Shown: positions 52,917-61,434 of the stretch, piece after piece
How the letters are laid out: each line of letters starts with the position of its first letter
Numbering within the stretch: position 1 is the first letter of the stretch
Virus record (IMG/VR): IMGVR_UViG_3300040751_002066
Location: 4,930-68,929 of that record
DNA: 64,000 bases
Strand: one strand, 5' to 3'
Source: a virus
The notes under the pieces: generated by a model
Database searches by the model: none
Told to the model about the DNA's origin: nothing
Seen by the model: only the letters and a program-made list of their open reading frames with translations
Program-made: the position numbers and the translations under genes

Positions 52917-54254
52917 ATGTCTACATTCTCCGGAACACGTACAGACGGGTTGGACCAAATCAACGCCGTCCTCGAACAGCAGGCTAACCATATCGGTTCT
53001 GATGTTCACGCCGAAAACGTCCACATCTCCCCGTGGCTTGACCTCATCCCCAAGGGTACCTTCCCCGAAGGAGTTGGGTATCGTCTCCAGTCTCTGATTT
53101 ATGAACGCTCCCTCCCAACCAACGCGGCTCAAGACGCGATTGGTCTTACTTGGGGAGACTTTGCGGGTCCCTCCGGCTACACCTCTGGCCAAGACCACTC
53201 TGGTCAGGTCAGCGGAAACGGCGGACTCCTCAACGACACCGTCTCTGACTTCCATGGCCAACTCGCCAACGACGCCTTGGGTAGTGCCGCCTCGACTAAC
53301 CCTTCTCGAATTGATTGGCAGAAGCGCCTCGAGCCATACAGCCTCAAGCGGGCCACAGTCTGGTCCCCTGAGATCAGCGTCGACGACCTCCGATTCGCCA
53401 CGCACCGTGCCGAGCAGCTCTCCGCATCCTTTGACGCTCTCGCCGAGGGTGTCCGCTACGGATGGGAAGAGCGTTACCGGGACGAGTACCAGCGCGTCGT
53501 CTATTACGTCGTCGAGTGTAAAGACTCTGGAACCAGCACCACTCAAACTTCGGTCACCGGCGGAGACGCAGTCGACCGATTTGACAATGGCGCCCCCGGT
53601 GGAACCATCGCAAACATCTCCAACGCCGTACTTGACAAGGTTTACAACACTCTCGTACGAAGTGGCGCAGGCCGCAAAGCGTGGGGAATGGAAAACGGCC
53701 GACCTCAGTTCGCTCTCGTTTGCTCTTCGGAAGCAAGCTACACCCTCCAAACGGAAAGCGAGATCCGCTCAGACGTCCGGGAGTCCTCTCGGGTTGACGA
53801 GCTCCTTGCGCCTCTCGGGGTGTCCAAAGGTTTCCGCGGGTTCTACCACATCATCGACGATCTCGCGCCGCGCTACCGCGCAGCCGATTCGGATGCGGGT
53901 TACGCCAACGGGGACTACCTCCGCGTCGAGCCGTATACGATCTCCTCGGGGGTCATTACCCCGAACTCGGCCTACGAAGCGGATACCGCTAAGTACGAAG
54001 TCGCCCACATCCTCCACAAGGAGGTGATGCAGTCGCTCATCCCGGCTCCCGCACCAAGTGCCGCCGGCCTTAGCTTCGATCCAGTCGATTACTCCGGTAA
54101 GTTCCACTGGGTGAACATCAAGAGCGTGGACCTCAACCCACTCGGAACCATCGGTAACTTCCTCGGAGTGCTCGCATCGGCGACGAAGGTGCTGAAGAAC
54201 CGCTTCGGATACGCACTCATCTACGACCGCACGTCTGCCACCTCGGCGGCGTAA
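52917..54254 (+). CDS. Major capsid protein
   Basis: 445 aa after the scaffold; own promoter and terminator; strongly biased codon usage; SPWLDLIPKGTFPEGVG N-terminus. Confidence 0.8.
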   Translation: MSTFSGTRTDGLDQINAVLEQQANHIGSDVHAENVHISPWLDLIPKGTFPEGVGYRLQSLIYERSLPTNAAQDAIGLTWGDFAGPSGYTSGQDHSGQVSGNGGLLNDTVSDFHGQLANDALGSAASTNPSRIDWQKRLEPYSLKRATVWSPEISVDDLRFATHRAEQLSASFDALAEGVRYGWEERYRDEYQRVVYYVVECKDSGTSTTQTSVTGGDAVDRFDNGAPGGTIANISNAVLDKVYNTLVRSGAGRKAWGMENGRPQFALVCSSEASYTLQTESEIRSDVRESSRVDELLAPLGVSKGFRGFYHIIDDLAPRYRAADSDAGYANGDYLRVEPYTISSGVITPNSAYEADTAKYEVAHILHKEVMQSLIPAPAPSAAGLSFDPVDYSGKFHWVNIKSVDLNPLGTIGNFLGVLASATKVLKNRFGYALIYDRTSATSAA

Positions 54255-54272
54255 GGTACGCAACCAATATCA

Positions 54273-54308
54273 AAGCCCTCCTCGCCCCTAAGGTGGGGAG
54301 GGCTTTTT
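54273..54308 (+). terminator. Intrinsic terminator after the MCP
   Basis: AAAGCCCTCCTCGCC..GGTGGGGAGGGCTTTTT. Confidence 0.8.
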
Positions 54309-54323
54309 ACTTACGCGACAACC

Positions 54324-54482
54324 ATGCCAAAAAGCACCATACCTGCTGACTCCGTAATTGAGGGCTTCCTCGAAAGTGATGAGTTATCCGACGACGACTT
54401 GATCCAAGTTTGGGATCGGGACGCCGGTGACTTCAAGTGGACCACACTTGCCCAACTCGAAGCCTTCCTCGCCGCTAACTAA
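54324..54482 (+). CDS. 52-aa protein paralogous to the N-terminus of the next gene (not in the ORF track)
   Basis: MPKSTIPADSVIEGFLESDELSDDDLIQVWDRDAGDFKWTTLAQLEAFL versus MPKSTRPVPPSLQGYLPSGDLNANDHILLRDRSTGAPKRTSLGELGSFL. Confidence 0.75.
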   Translation: MPKSTIPADSVIEGFLESDELSDDDLIQVWDRDAGDFKWTTLAQLEAFLAAN

Positions 54483-54488
54483 TTTCCA

Positions 54489-54926
54489 ATGCCTAAGTCG
54501 ACCAGACCCGTCCCACCAAGCCTTCAAGGATACCTTCCGTCCGGGGACTTGAATGCGAATGACCACATCCTACTTCGGGACCGTAGCACGGGCGCTCCGA
54601 AGCGAACATCTCTCGGGGAGCTTGGCAGCTTCTTAACAATCTCTTCGCCGGGAGTGACCTCTTATTGCGTGTCAGGTGCCGGAACCGCGGCGGCCAACGG
54701 CACCTACGTCGAGAGCGTTGAGGTAAGCGGGCGCCCCTCCTACGTCCATTCCGAGAACCCTAGCTTCAGCATCCTCTACTTGTGGGGTACGTGGGTAATC
54801 CGGGAGGCCGAGGTAGCCGACCGCTACCTAATCTCTACTGAACTCGATCCGGATTCAGAGCCTTGGCTGGTCGCCACGGGAACCGCTCCTGCGCCCACCG
54901 TTACTGCCGGCGCCTGCGGGGCTTAA
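54489..54926 (+). CDS. Putative capsid decoration/fibre protein
   Basis: Attachment-type N-terminus plus VSGAGTAAANGTY beta domain, directly after the MCP. Confidence 0.6.
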   Translation: MPKSTRPVPPSLQGYLPSGDLNANDHILLRDRSTGAPKRTSLGELGSFLTISSPGVTSYCVSGAGTAAANGTYVESVEVSGRPSYVHSENPSFSILYLWGTWVIREAEVADRYLISTELDPDSEPWLVATGTAPAPTVTAGACGA

Positions 54927-54972
54927 CCAACCTCCACCATCTAATTCTGCGCACCAATCTCGGGGTATCCTG

Positions 54973-55001
54973 TTGACCTAAGCGTACTCCCCTGATACAA
55001 T
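54973..55001 (+). promoter_or_regulatory. Canonical sigma70-type promoter for the lysis genes
   Basis: TTGACC-17-TACAAT. Confidence 0.65.
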
Positions 55002-55010
55002 CGAGCTGTT

Positions 55011-55187
55011 ATGAAAGAATTCTTCAAAGGTATCTGGACATCTAAGGCGACCACTTTTGCAGGTGCCGTCGTCGCTCTCGGGATCTGGCTCGCGTCCGAC
55101 GCGGTCGACGTCCCGGACTACATTTCCCTCCCCGCGGCGGGAATCGCCGTAGTAGCGGGCGCCCTGTACCCGGGGAAGTCCGAATAA
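55011..55187 (+). CDS. Putative holin (58 aa, two TM helices; not in the ORF track)
   Basis: MKEFFKGIWTSKATTFAGAVVALGIWLAS...AAGIAVVAGALYPGKSE. Confidence 0.6.
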   Translation: MKEFFKGIWTSKATTFAGAVVALGIWLASDAVDVPDYISLPAAGIAVVAGALYPGKSE

Positions 55188-55206
55188 CCCAACCCCACCC
55201 TTGACT

Positions 55207-55362
55207 ATGAAAACACTACTCCCCCTCGCCTTGGCTCTGATTACCCTCGCCCTCGTCTCATGTGGAGACATCTCCCCCACTGCGACCTTCAACCCCGCTA
55301 CTGGTGCTTTTGAATTCTCAGCGGAATTCAATCCAGTACCAATCGTCGAACCGGCAAAGTAA
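55207..55362 (+). CDS. Small lipoprotein, putative spanin (51 aa; not in the ORF track)
   Basis: Signal peptide MKTLLPLALALITLALVS-C with lipobox, within the lysis cluster. Confidence 0.6.
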   Translation: MKTLLPLALALITLALVSCGDISPTATFNPATGAFEFSAEFNPVPIVEPAK

Positions 55363-55364
55363 CC

Positions 55365-55952
55365 ATGGCAGACCCGGCAGCATGGGCGGCAGCGGTCACC
55401 GCCGTTCTGTCCGGAATATTTGCATTTGCAAAGTGGTTGCTCCCTTTCTTAAGGGAGTGGGACAAGTCCCGCACGGACACGAAGACTATTCGGGGGTTCG
55501 CTAAGTACCAGAAGTTATACCTAGCTCTGCAAGCTATCCAAGACGCGGGAGTGCAGAGGGCCATCATATTTGCGGGACACAACGGGGGTGGGATCCCCAA
55601 GCCGGGGTCCCCCTTTTATGTCTCAGCCCTGCACTGGACCACTGAGGATCCAGACAGGGGGGGCCCCTCTAAATACCAGCAGCTACCCGTCGACGCGGGG
55701 TACATTTCAATGCTGGTCAATGCTATGTCTTCTGGGGAAATAAGGTACAAGACCAAGGAGATGACTCCCTGCCAACTACGTGACATCTATCTAGCGGAGG
55801 GCGTTGAAGACAGCTTGGTTGTGTACCTCGGAACCCACGAACGCCAGCTCTTCTACATGAGCGCCGCGACGTTCTATGGGGGCCTGACTGATACCCAGCT
55901 CACCGAAATTCGCTTGCAAGCCAACGTCATTCGTAATATCCTGACCACCTAA
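55365..55952 (+). CDS. Single-TM membrane protein with a soluble (GAF-like?) domain; possible holin or lysis regulator
   Basis: N-terminal TM, RAIIFAGHNGG motif, adjacent to the endolysin. Confidence 0.55.
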   Translation: MADPAAWAAAVTAVLSGIFAFAKWLLPFLREWDKSRTDTKTIRGFAKYQKLYLALQAIQDAGVQRAIIFAGHNGGGIPKPGSPFYVSALHWTTEDPDRGGPSKYQQLPVDAGYISMLVNAMSSGEIRYKTKEMTPCQLRDIYLAEGVEDSLVVYLGTHERQLFYMSAATFYGGLTDTQLTEIRLQANVIRNILTT

Positions 55953-55953
55953 T

Positions 55954-56673
55954 ATGAGTTATTCAGCAGTAGGTAAAGTATGGGACGCCGAGTCCTTCAG
56001 AGCGCACGTCAAGAAGCACGCCGCCAGCATTAAGGGGTGGGCCAAGGGTGTGACTATCCACCACACCGCGGCCCCCAACCTCGCCCAGCGCCCCAACGGT
56101 TGGACTATCCAGCACATGAGGAATCTCGCCCACTTCTACGGCAAGAAATTGCGTTGGAGTGCGGGCCCCCACCTCTTTACGGATGAGGACCAGATCTTTG
56201 GTCTCTCCCCAATGACTGCCCGCGGGGTCCACGCACGGTCCTTTAACCCGGGGTACCTTGGGATAGAAGCCCTTGGGAACTACGACGTCGAGGACCCTCG
56301 TTCCGGACGGGGCCGCCAAGTATGGAGGAACACCGCCAAGGCTGTGAGTATTCTACAAGAGGAGCTGGGTTGGACCGACGCCCAAGTAACTTTCCACCGG
56401 GACGACCCCCGCACGTCTAAGACCTGCCCGGGGAGCAAAGTGTCCCGAGAGTGGTTCCTGAACCTTGTACACTCGGCCAAGTTCTCGAAGCCAGAACCCG
56501 GAGACCCGGGCGTGGACGGCCAAGCCCGGTCCGAGAACCAAGACCCCCCTAGTCCCCCGGAGGAATTCCTTGCGCTGGACCAAGAAGTAGTCTCGAGGAT
56601 TAGGGCCATCCGAGCCAGCATTGATTGGCAGGTGCAGAAGCTCTACAAACTCCTCGACGCCATAACCAAGTAA
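55954..56673 (+). CDS. Endolysin, N-acetylmuramoyl-L-alanine amidase (Amidase_2)
   Basis: TIHHTA, GVHA, GIEALGNYD, FHRD, KTCPG zinc-amidase motifs. Confidence 0.9.
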   Translation: MSYSAVGKVWDAESFRAHVKKHAASIKGWAKGVTIHHTAAPNLAQRPNGWTIQHMRNLAHFYGKKLRWSAGPHLFTDEDQIFGLSPMTARGVHARSFNPGYLGIEALGNYDVEDPRSGRGRQVWRNTAKAVSILQEELGWTDAQVTFHRDDPRTSKTCPGSKVSREWFLNLVHSAKFSKPEPGDPGVDGQARSENQDPPSPPEEFLALDQEVVSRIRAIRASIDWQVQKLYKLLDAITK

Positions 56674-56676
56674 GTC

Positions 56677-57924
56677 ATGCCCGCAGCCACCCGACAGAGA
56701 GTACTCGCATTCACCTCCCCCGACCTTCGGGATCTTTTCTTTTGGGAGCGGGACACTCTTTCTCGTGCCGACTACACGGACCTCACCAATGACGGGGTCC
56801 GGGCCTACGGAACTCCCCACCCTGACTCGGACAAGTTCCCGAATCACGTACTGTGTTACTGGGAACAGGATCAGGATTTTGAGTTCGGCCGGGACGGACA
56901 AGATTCTCTGCGGGTCCGGAAGTACTACGTCGCCGACCGGGCCGACCAAGACGAGTACAACTTTGAATTTTCGGCGGCTGACATTGGTGGACAAAAGTTT
57001 GACGCGGTGACCCGGACGTACATTATCCCACGCACCGAGTTTGACGAGGCGGCCCCCGCAATGGGCACCAGTATGCCCACTGCCCCATCAGGAAAGTTTT
57101 CTGCGGACACCTACGTTCTTTCCGGCCGGGTGCAGAAGCGCATCGGTCAGAAGGAACTCGACTCTCTCTACGTTGTGGAGGTACGCACCTATGTCAAGAA
57201 GGTCACTATTTCGCGGCAGCAGCTAGATGAGGCCACCGGAGGGGTGGTCGGGTCTTCCACTACCCTGTACTACCGGGGCGAGGACTACGGGGGAACCCCC
57301 ATTGAAACCGCGGCGGCCGACGCCTCTGCATGGGGTCTCACCGCCGGCGGGGTGAATGTGGAAGTGAACCAGATCTCCGAAAACTGGTGGGCCGTGACGA
57401 ACACAGAGGTAATCCCTCAGGGTTTACCGGACGGCCCGTATGGGAAGACCGTACGCGTCTACACCACTTGGCAGAATTTTACGTGGCCGGAGGTACTCGG
57501 TCCCGGTTCCCTCGAGTTCCGGGCCATTGCCCGCAAGAGTGGAAGTGACAACGTCTCCGTTGAGATCCGTCCCGAGAAGGACCGGTACAGTGGGGCGACC
57601 CGATTCCAAGTGGAACAGTACTGGTCCAAAGACGCGGTATCTCTACCCTCCCCCGTAATCTTCGACACCAAGAGCGGACGCTACTCCGGCGCCCAGTACT
57701 CCTTCAGCTTCAGCAACGTCCTACTCAACGGGAACATGACGCTAACGGACAATATTGGAACCAGCGACCCAGTCTTCGAGCCGGGCACGTATGGGGGAGA
57801 CCCTTGGGAAACTGCGACGGCCCTCCCTACTTGGCCCACGGGGCCCGCCGTCATCGGTTCTTCTCAGAAGCCCTTCCGGGGTGGTTACCTAGTGACCATC
57901 CAAAAAGCGTACCCTCCGTATTAA
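56677..57924 (+). CDS. Virion structural (tail) protein
   Basis: 415-aa beta-rich ORF (YGTPHPD..KFPNH.L; QD.YNFE) in the structural operon. Confidence 0.65.
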   Translation: MPAATRQRVLAFTSPDLRDLFFWERDTLSRADYTDLTNDGVRAYGTPHPDSDKFPNHVLCYWEQDQDFEFGRDGQDSLRVRKYYVADRADQDEYNFEFSAADIGGQKFDAVTRTYIIPRTEFDEAAPAMGTSMPTAPSGKFSADTYVLSGRVQKRIGQKELDSLYVVEVRTYVKKVTISRQQLDEATGGVVGSSTTLYYRGEDYGGTPIETAAADASAWGLTAGGVNVEVNQISENWWAVTNTEVIPQGLPDGPYGKTVRVYTTWQNFTWPEVLGPGSLEFRAIARKSGSDNVSVEIRPEKDRYSGATRFQVEQYWSKDAVSLPSPVIFDTKSGRYSGAQYSFSFSNVLLNGNMTLTDNIGTSDPVFEPGTYGGDPWETATALPTWPTGPAVIGSSQKPFRGGYLVTIQKAYPPY

Positions 57925-57925
57925 C

Positions 57926-59131
57926 ATGAGCGAAGAGCTGGACTCCATTGATTTTGATGCCCCATTTCCCCCTTCCCCCGAGCCGGTTATTCCCGGCGCG
58001 TCAGTAGAGGGGGCGCGGGGAGGGGGGTCTAAGGCGGACCGGGAGCACTTTCTTTTCAAGCCTCACGCCTTCGCCCTTACTCATGGGGATGGCGGGGCCA
58101 AGATTATGTACGGGGAGCTCCACTACGGGGTAACTATTCAGGAGGTTACCCGGGTCACCCTCGAGGAGGGAGTGACTGTAGTCGAATCAATCACTCAGAA
58201 CCCAATCCAAGAAACGAAAGTATGTGTCCCGAAGTATAATGGGACCGAACTGGACCCCGAGGTCCCAAACATCTACACCCAACTCGACGGGTATGGCGAA
58301 GTGTTCCTTTACTGGGAGTATGCCATCGGCGCGGGTGGCGAGATCACCGTCTGCGAGATCCGGGTCGGCCGGCCGGTGGAGCAAGATATTAGTTTTCTAA
58401 ACGAGGAGCTTGAACGGTCTGGGTCCGAAGGGTCGGGTGGTGGCTCGGGTAGCGGGTCTGGTACCGGCTGTACTGGTAAGTTTGCTATCCGCATCGGTAC
58501 CGTAAATGAGGGCAGTCCTGTCCTCCAAGATGTCTCCAGTGATGTCCCTTGGTTCGCCCACGTGGTGCAAGACACCAGCCCGTGTGGCGTGGGGTCTGAC
58601 AGTAGTAGTTCCTCGGGTCCCTCGGCTTCTTCCGCAGGACCCCCTTCCTCCTCATCCACCGGGGGTGGGAGTAGTTCCAAGAGTACCTGCATCGTCCCCG
58701 TCCCTCAGTGGTTCCACACCACCGGGTACGCCGCCCTGTTTATTATGGAGAGTCCCGAGGTGCGCTTCGAGGACTTTACCCAAGTCGAGATCACCGGTCG
58801 AATCACTCGAGTCCCGGTCGATCCTAAGTACGTAGTCGTCTGTGAACCCGGAACCCTGAATGTCCGTTCGGTTCAGGGGAAACGACCCGTGTCCTATGGA
58901 TCATGGATCGGCCACGACGGGTACCTGTATATTGATTCCGGCCTTCTCTGGCCCCTCAAGAAGGGACTGGTGAACGTATCCATTACCGGCATCCGGCGTG
59001 GGTTTGCGCACTCCCGCCACCCCAACGACCCATTCTACGACCCCCGCTTCCCCGCGAGAACTGCAAAACAATTCCTCGACAACGAGGAGTTCATCAATCA
59101 AGCTTACTCTCACCAGTCAGCAAGTGAATAG
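57926..59131 (+). CDS. Tail protein with a Ser/Gly-rich linker and a probable C-terminal intramolecular chaperone domain
   Basis: Poly-Ser linker, then KSTCIVP...ALFIMESPEVRFED...VDP.Y..VCE...GIRRGF. Confidence 0.65.
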   Translation: MSEELDSIDFDAPFPPSPEPVIPGASVEGARGGGSKADREHFLFKPHAFALTHGDGGAKIMYGELHYGVTIQEVTRVTLEEGVTVVESITQNPIQETKVCVPKYNGTELDPEVPNIYTQLDGYGEVFLYWEYAIGAGGEITVCEIRVGRPVEQDISFLNEELERSGSEGSGGGSGSGSGTGCTGKFAIRIGTVNEGSPVLQDVSSDVPWFAHVVQDTSPCGVGSDSSSSSGPSASSAGPPSSSSTGGGSSSKSTCIVPVPQWFHTTGYAALFIMESPEVRFEDFTQVEITGRITRVPVDPKYVVVCEPGTLNVRSVQGKRPVSYGSWIGHDGYLYIDSGLLWPLKKGLVNVSITGIRRGFAHSRHPNDPFYDPRFPARTAKQFLDNEEFINQAYSHQSASE

Positions 59132-60380
59132 TTACGGGTCAGCAAAGAGTACGTCGTTATCGAGTTCTTCGGTTAGCTTCTCTTCGTCCTTTAGCATAGG
59201 ACCTCCTTCCAGTAGCAGCAGCGGGGGTCTCCCGTTTACGCCCATACTAATCGACCTCCCCAACTCCTACGGGACCGTAGTTAAGTGGCGCTCGTTGCAG
59301 CGAAGCACATACGACGGTAAGTTGTATGGGGCAGGCTACGATAATATCGACGACCTCTTCATCCTCGACCCGGTAACTGACACAGTGGACCTGTCTGTGT
59401 CGACCGCGGGGATCACGACCGGGACCAAGAAGTGGGTGGATGGGATAAGCCACCCGGATGGTCGGCTCATCTTCAACCCCTCGGGCTCAGCGGCCGGGTA
59501 CCTTATTGTTGACCCCCGGACAACCCCGATCACCCTAAGTAGCTTCGGGGCCAATTATCAGGTACGAGGTGGGGCCCTCGGAGCCGACGGAGTTGTGTAC
59601 AGCACCGTGTATCAGGACTTCGATTACCTACGATCATTTAACCCAGACACTCCCTCCGCGTCTACGGTCGCCTACTCCCGCCATCCCGGGCCACCCTCAT
59701 GGACAGAGGGTACCCTCTTGGACAAGCTTGCGGGGTACCAGTGGGGGATGACCAAGGCCCCCAACACCGGCAAAATGTACGGCACTCCATGGGGTCCCCA
59801 CCGCGTGTTAATCTTTGACCCCTCCACGGGCGTCGTGTCGTGGAGCGCGACCAACTTGACTGGAGGCACAACCGTGGGGTCTGCCTTCTCAACCCCGGCG
59901 TACTTTGGAAAGTATGGCGGAAAGGGAGTATATGTCCCCGCCAACCAGTGCATATACATCATGCCACGGTCCGGGAACACGATCTTAAAGATCGATACCC
60001 TCACTGACGCCACAACGGAAATATCCCTACCTGCGGCCCTTCAAAGCAGCTCCGCCCAGCGGGCCATGTCCGCGGTACTGGGTCCGGATGGGAAAGTGTA
60101 CTCGACTGTCTGGTCCATGCCCTACCTGTTTTGGATTGACCCAGCCACCGACGAGATTGGATACACCGACGTGTCCGCCACCATGGCCCTCGCAGACGAT
60201 GGCAACGGGGGGACGGGGTACTGGACATACGGAGCGGCCACAGAAAATGCCATCTATTATGTTTGCGGAGGAGCCACAAAGGTTCTAAAGTTGGAGTTCG
60301 ACGGGTACCCGGCCCCCACAGATCCGTTGGCGCCGACTTCCTCCTCCTCCTCTTCTTCCTCCACCCCCGCTTCTTTTTAG
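59124..60380 (+). CDS. Beta-propeller protein with Ser-rich termini
   Basis: Probable GTG start at 59124 overlapping the previous stop; repeated (D/N)GK.Y..P....(L/V)..DP.T blades. Confidence 0.75.
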   Translation: MNSYGSAKSTSLSSSSVSFSSSFSIGPPSSSSSGGLPFTPILIDLPNSYGTVVKWRSLQRSTYDGKLYGAGYDNIDDLFILDPVTDTVDLSVSTAGITTGTKKWVDGISHPDGRLIFNPSGSAAGYLIVDPRTTPITLSSFGANYQVRGGALGADGVVYSTVYQDFDYLRSFNPDTPSASTVAYSRHPGPPSWTEGTLLDKLAGYQWGMTKAPNTGKMYGTPWGPHRVLIFDPSTGVVSWSATNLTGGTTVGSAFSTPAYFGKYGGKGVYVPANQCIYIMPRSGNTILKIDTLTDATTEISLPAALQSSSAQRAMSAVLGPDGKVYSTVWSMPYLFWIDPATDEIGYTDVSATMALADDGNGGTGYWTYGAATENAIYYVCGGATKVLKLEFDGYPAPTDPLAPTSSSSSSSSTPASF

Positions 60381-61394
60381 ATGAAAGTACTAGACAGACA
60401 TTTCAGTAGGGTTTACCTCATGACCTTAGAACCAGAGTCGGACAGGGCCCAGCGTTCTATCAAGGGTATCTCAAAGTACACTGACAAGCTGGAAGTTGTG
60501 ACCGCAATCCGGGGCGACGACCTCCCCCCGGCCTCTTGGTACCGGGCGGGTAACGGAGCGTGGGGTTGTCTCCAAACCCACATCCGTATCGCGCAGGACG
60601 TGTGGTTGAATGGGGCTCCAGATTACCTTGTGTTCGAGGATGACGTTGTTTTTGACAAGGGCTTTGAAGAGCGGCTCGACGACTTCATGGACAAGGTCCC
60701 TGAGAACTGGGACCAGATCTATCTGGGAGGGCAGCACCGAGGGAGTCCTCGCTGGGTGAACAGCGCAGTGTACGAGGCCGGACGCATCAACCGCACACAC
60801 TGCTTCGCGCTCAAGCGGGAAACAATCCCGGATTTCTTGACCCATGTCACGGACGCCCAAGACCACATCAAGGCCAAGTACCCCAAGCATATTGACCACA
60901 GATTGGAGGACGCGCACGAAACCCGCAAGTGGGTGACCTATACCCCAAGCTGGTGGCTCGTGGGGCAGGGGGAGAATGATTCTCAAATCAATGGGAATTG
61001 GCACCCCGACAAATGGTGGGACTACAACTCTGGGGTGTCCCATGTGCTCCCCTTTATTTGGGTGGACCGGGAGCCAACAGACGAAGAGGTTAAGTCCCTC
61101 CACTTCGGGTGGGCCGAGCGCCACGGGTACAAGTACCTCGACCCTTACTTCCTCGAACGGACTTCTGAGCCAGATCGGGGAATGCGTGTAATTATGGAAC
61201 AGGCGTTCGATTGCCGGAGGTTGGGGGCGGTTGCTTTCTATGAAAACCCAGACCTCGACCCGGACCCCTTCGTGTCCGCGTGGGGCGGGCCCGTCCTAAA
61301 GTTATCGGAATTGTCGGTACCGGAACTCAAGGGCCTCTGCGACTACCCGAGGAATGGGTTATTCGCCCACAGATGGTTCCCGGACAAGAAATAA
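60381..61394 (+). CDS. Glycosyltransferase family 25-like
   Basis: VYLMTL...DR, AIRG, GAWGCLQTH, LVFEDDV, WDQIYLGG, RTHCFAL, IDH. Confidence 0.85.
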   Translation: MKVLDRHFSRVYLMTLEPESDRAQRSIKGISKYTDKLEVVTAIRGDDLPPASWYRAGNGAWGCLQTHIRIAQDVWLNGAPDYLVFEDDVVFDKGFEERLDDFMDKVPENWDQIYLGGQHRGSPRWVNSAVYEAGRINRTHCFALKRETIPDFLTHVTDAQDHIKAKYPKHIDHRLEDAHETRKWVTYTPSWWLVGQGENDSQINGNWHPDKWWDYNSGVSHVLPFIWVDREPTDEEVKSLHFGWAERHGYKYLDPYFLERTSEPDRGMRVIMEQAFDCRRLGAVAFYENPDLDPDPFVSAWGGPVLKLSELSVPELKGLCDYPRNGLFAHRWFPDKK

Positions 61395-61397
61395 ATC

Positions 61398-61426
61398 TTG
61401 CCTATGCACCGGGTTCTGGCTACACT
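61398..61426 (+). promoter_or_regulatory. Canonical sigma70-type promoter
   Basis: TTGCCT-17-TACACT before GTG 61435. Confidence 0.55.
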
Positions 61427-61434
61427 ACCTTCCC

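Noticed and set aside
58998-59131. Frameshift fusion between the tail protein and the beta-propeller gene
   Set aside because: An in-frame GTG at 59124 overlapping the upstream stop explains the second gene, and no slippery heptamer is evident
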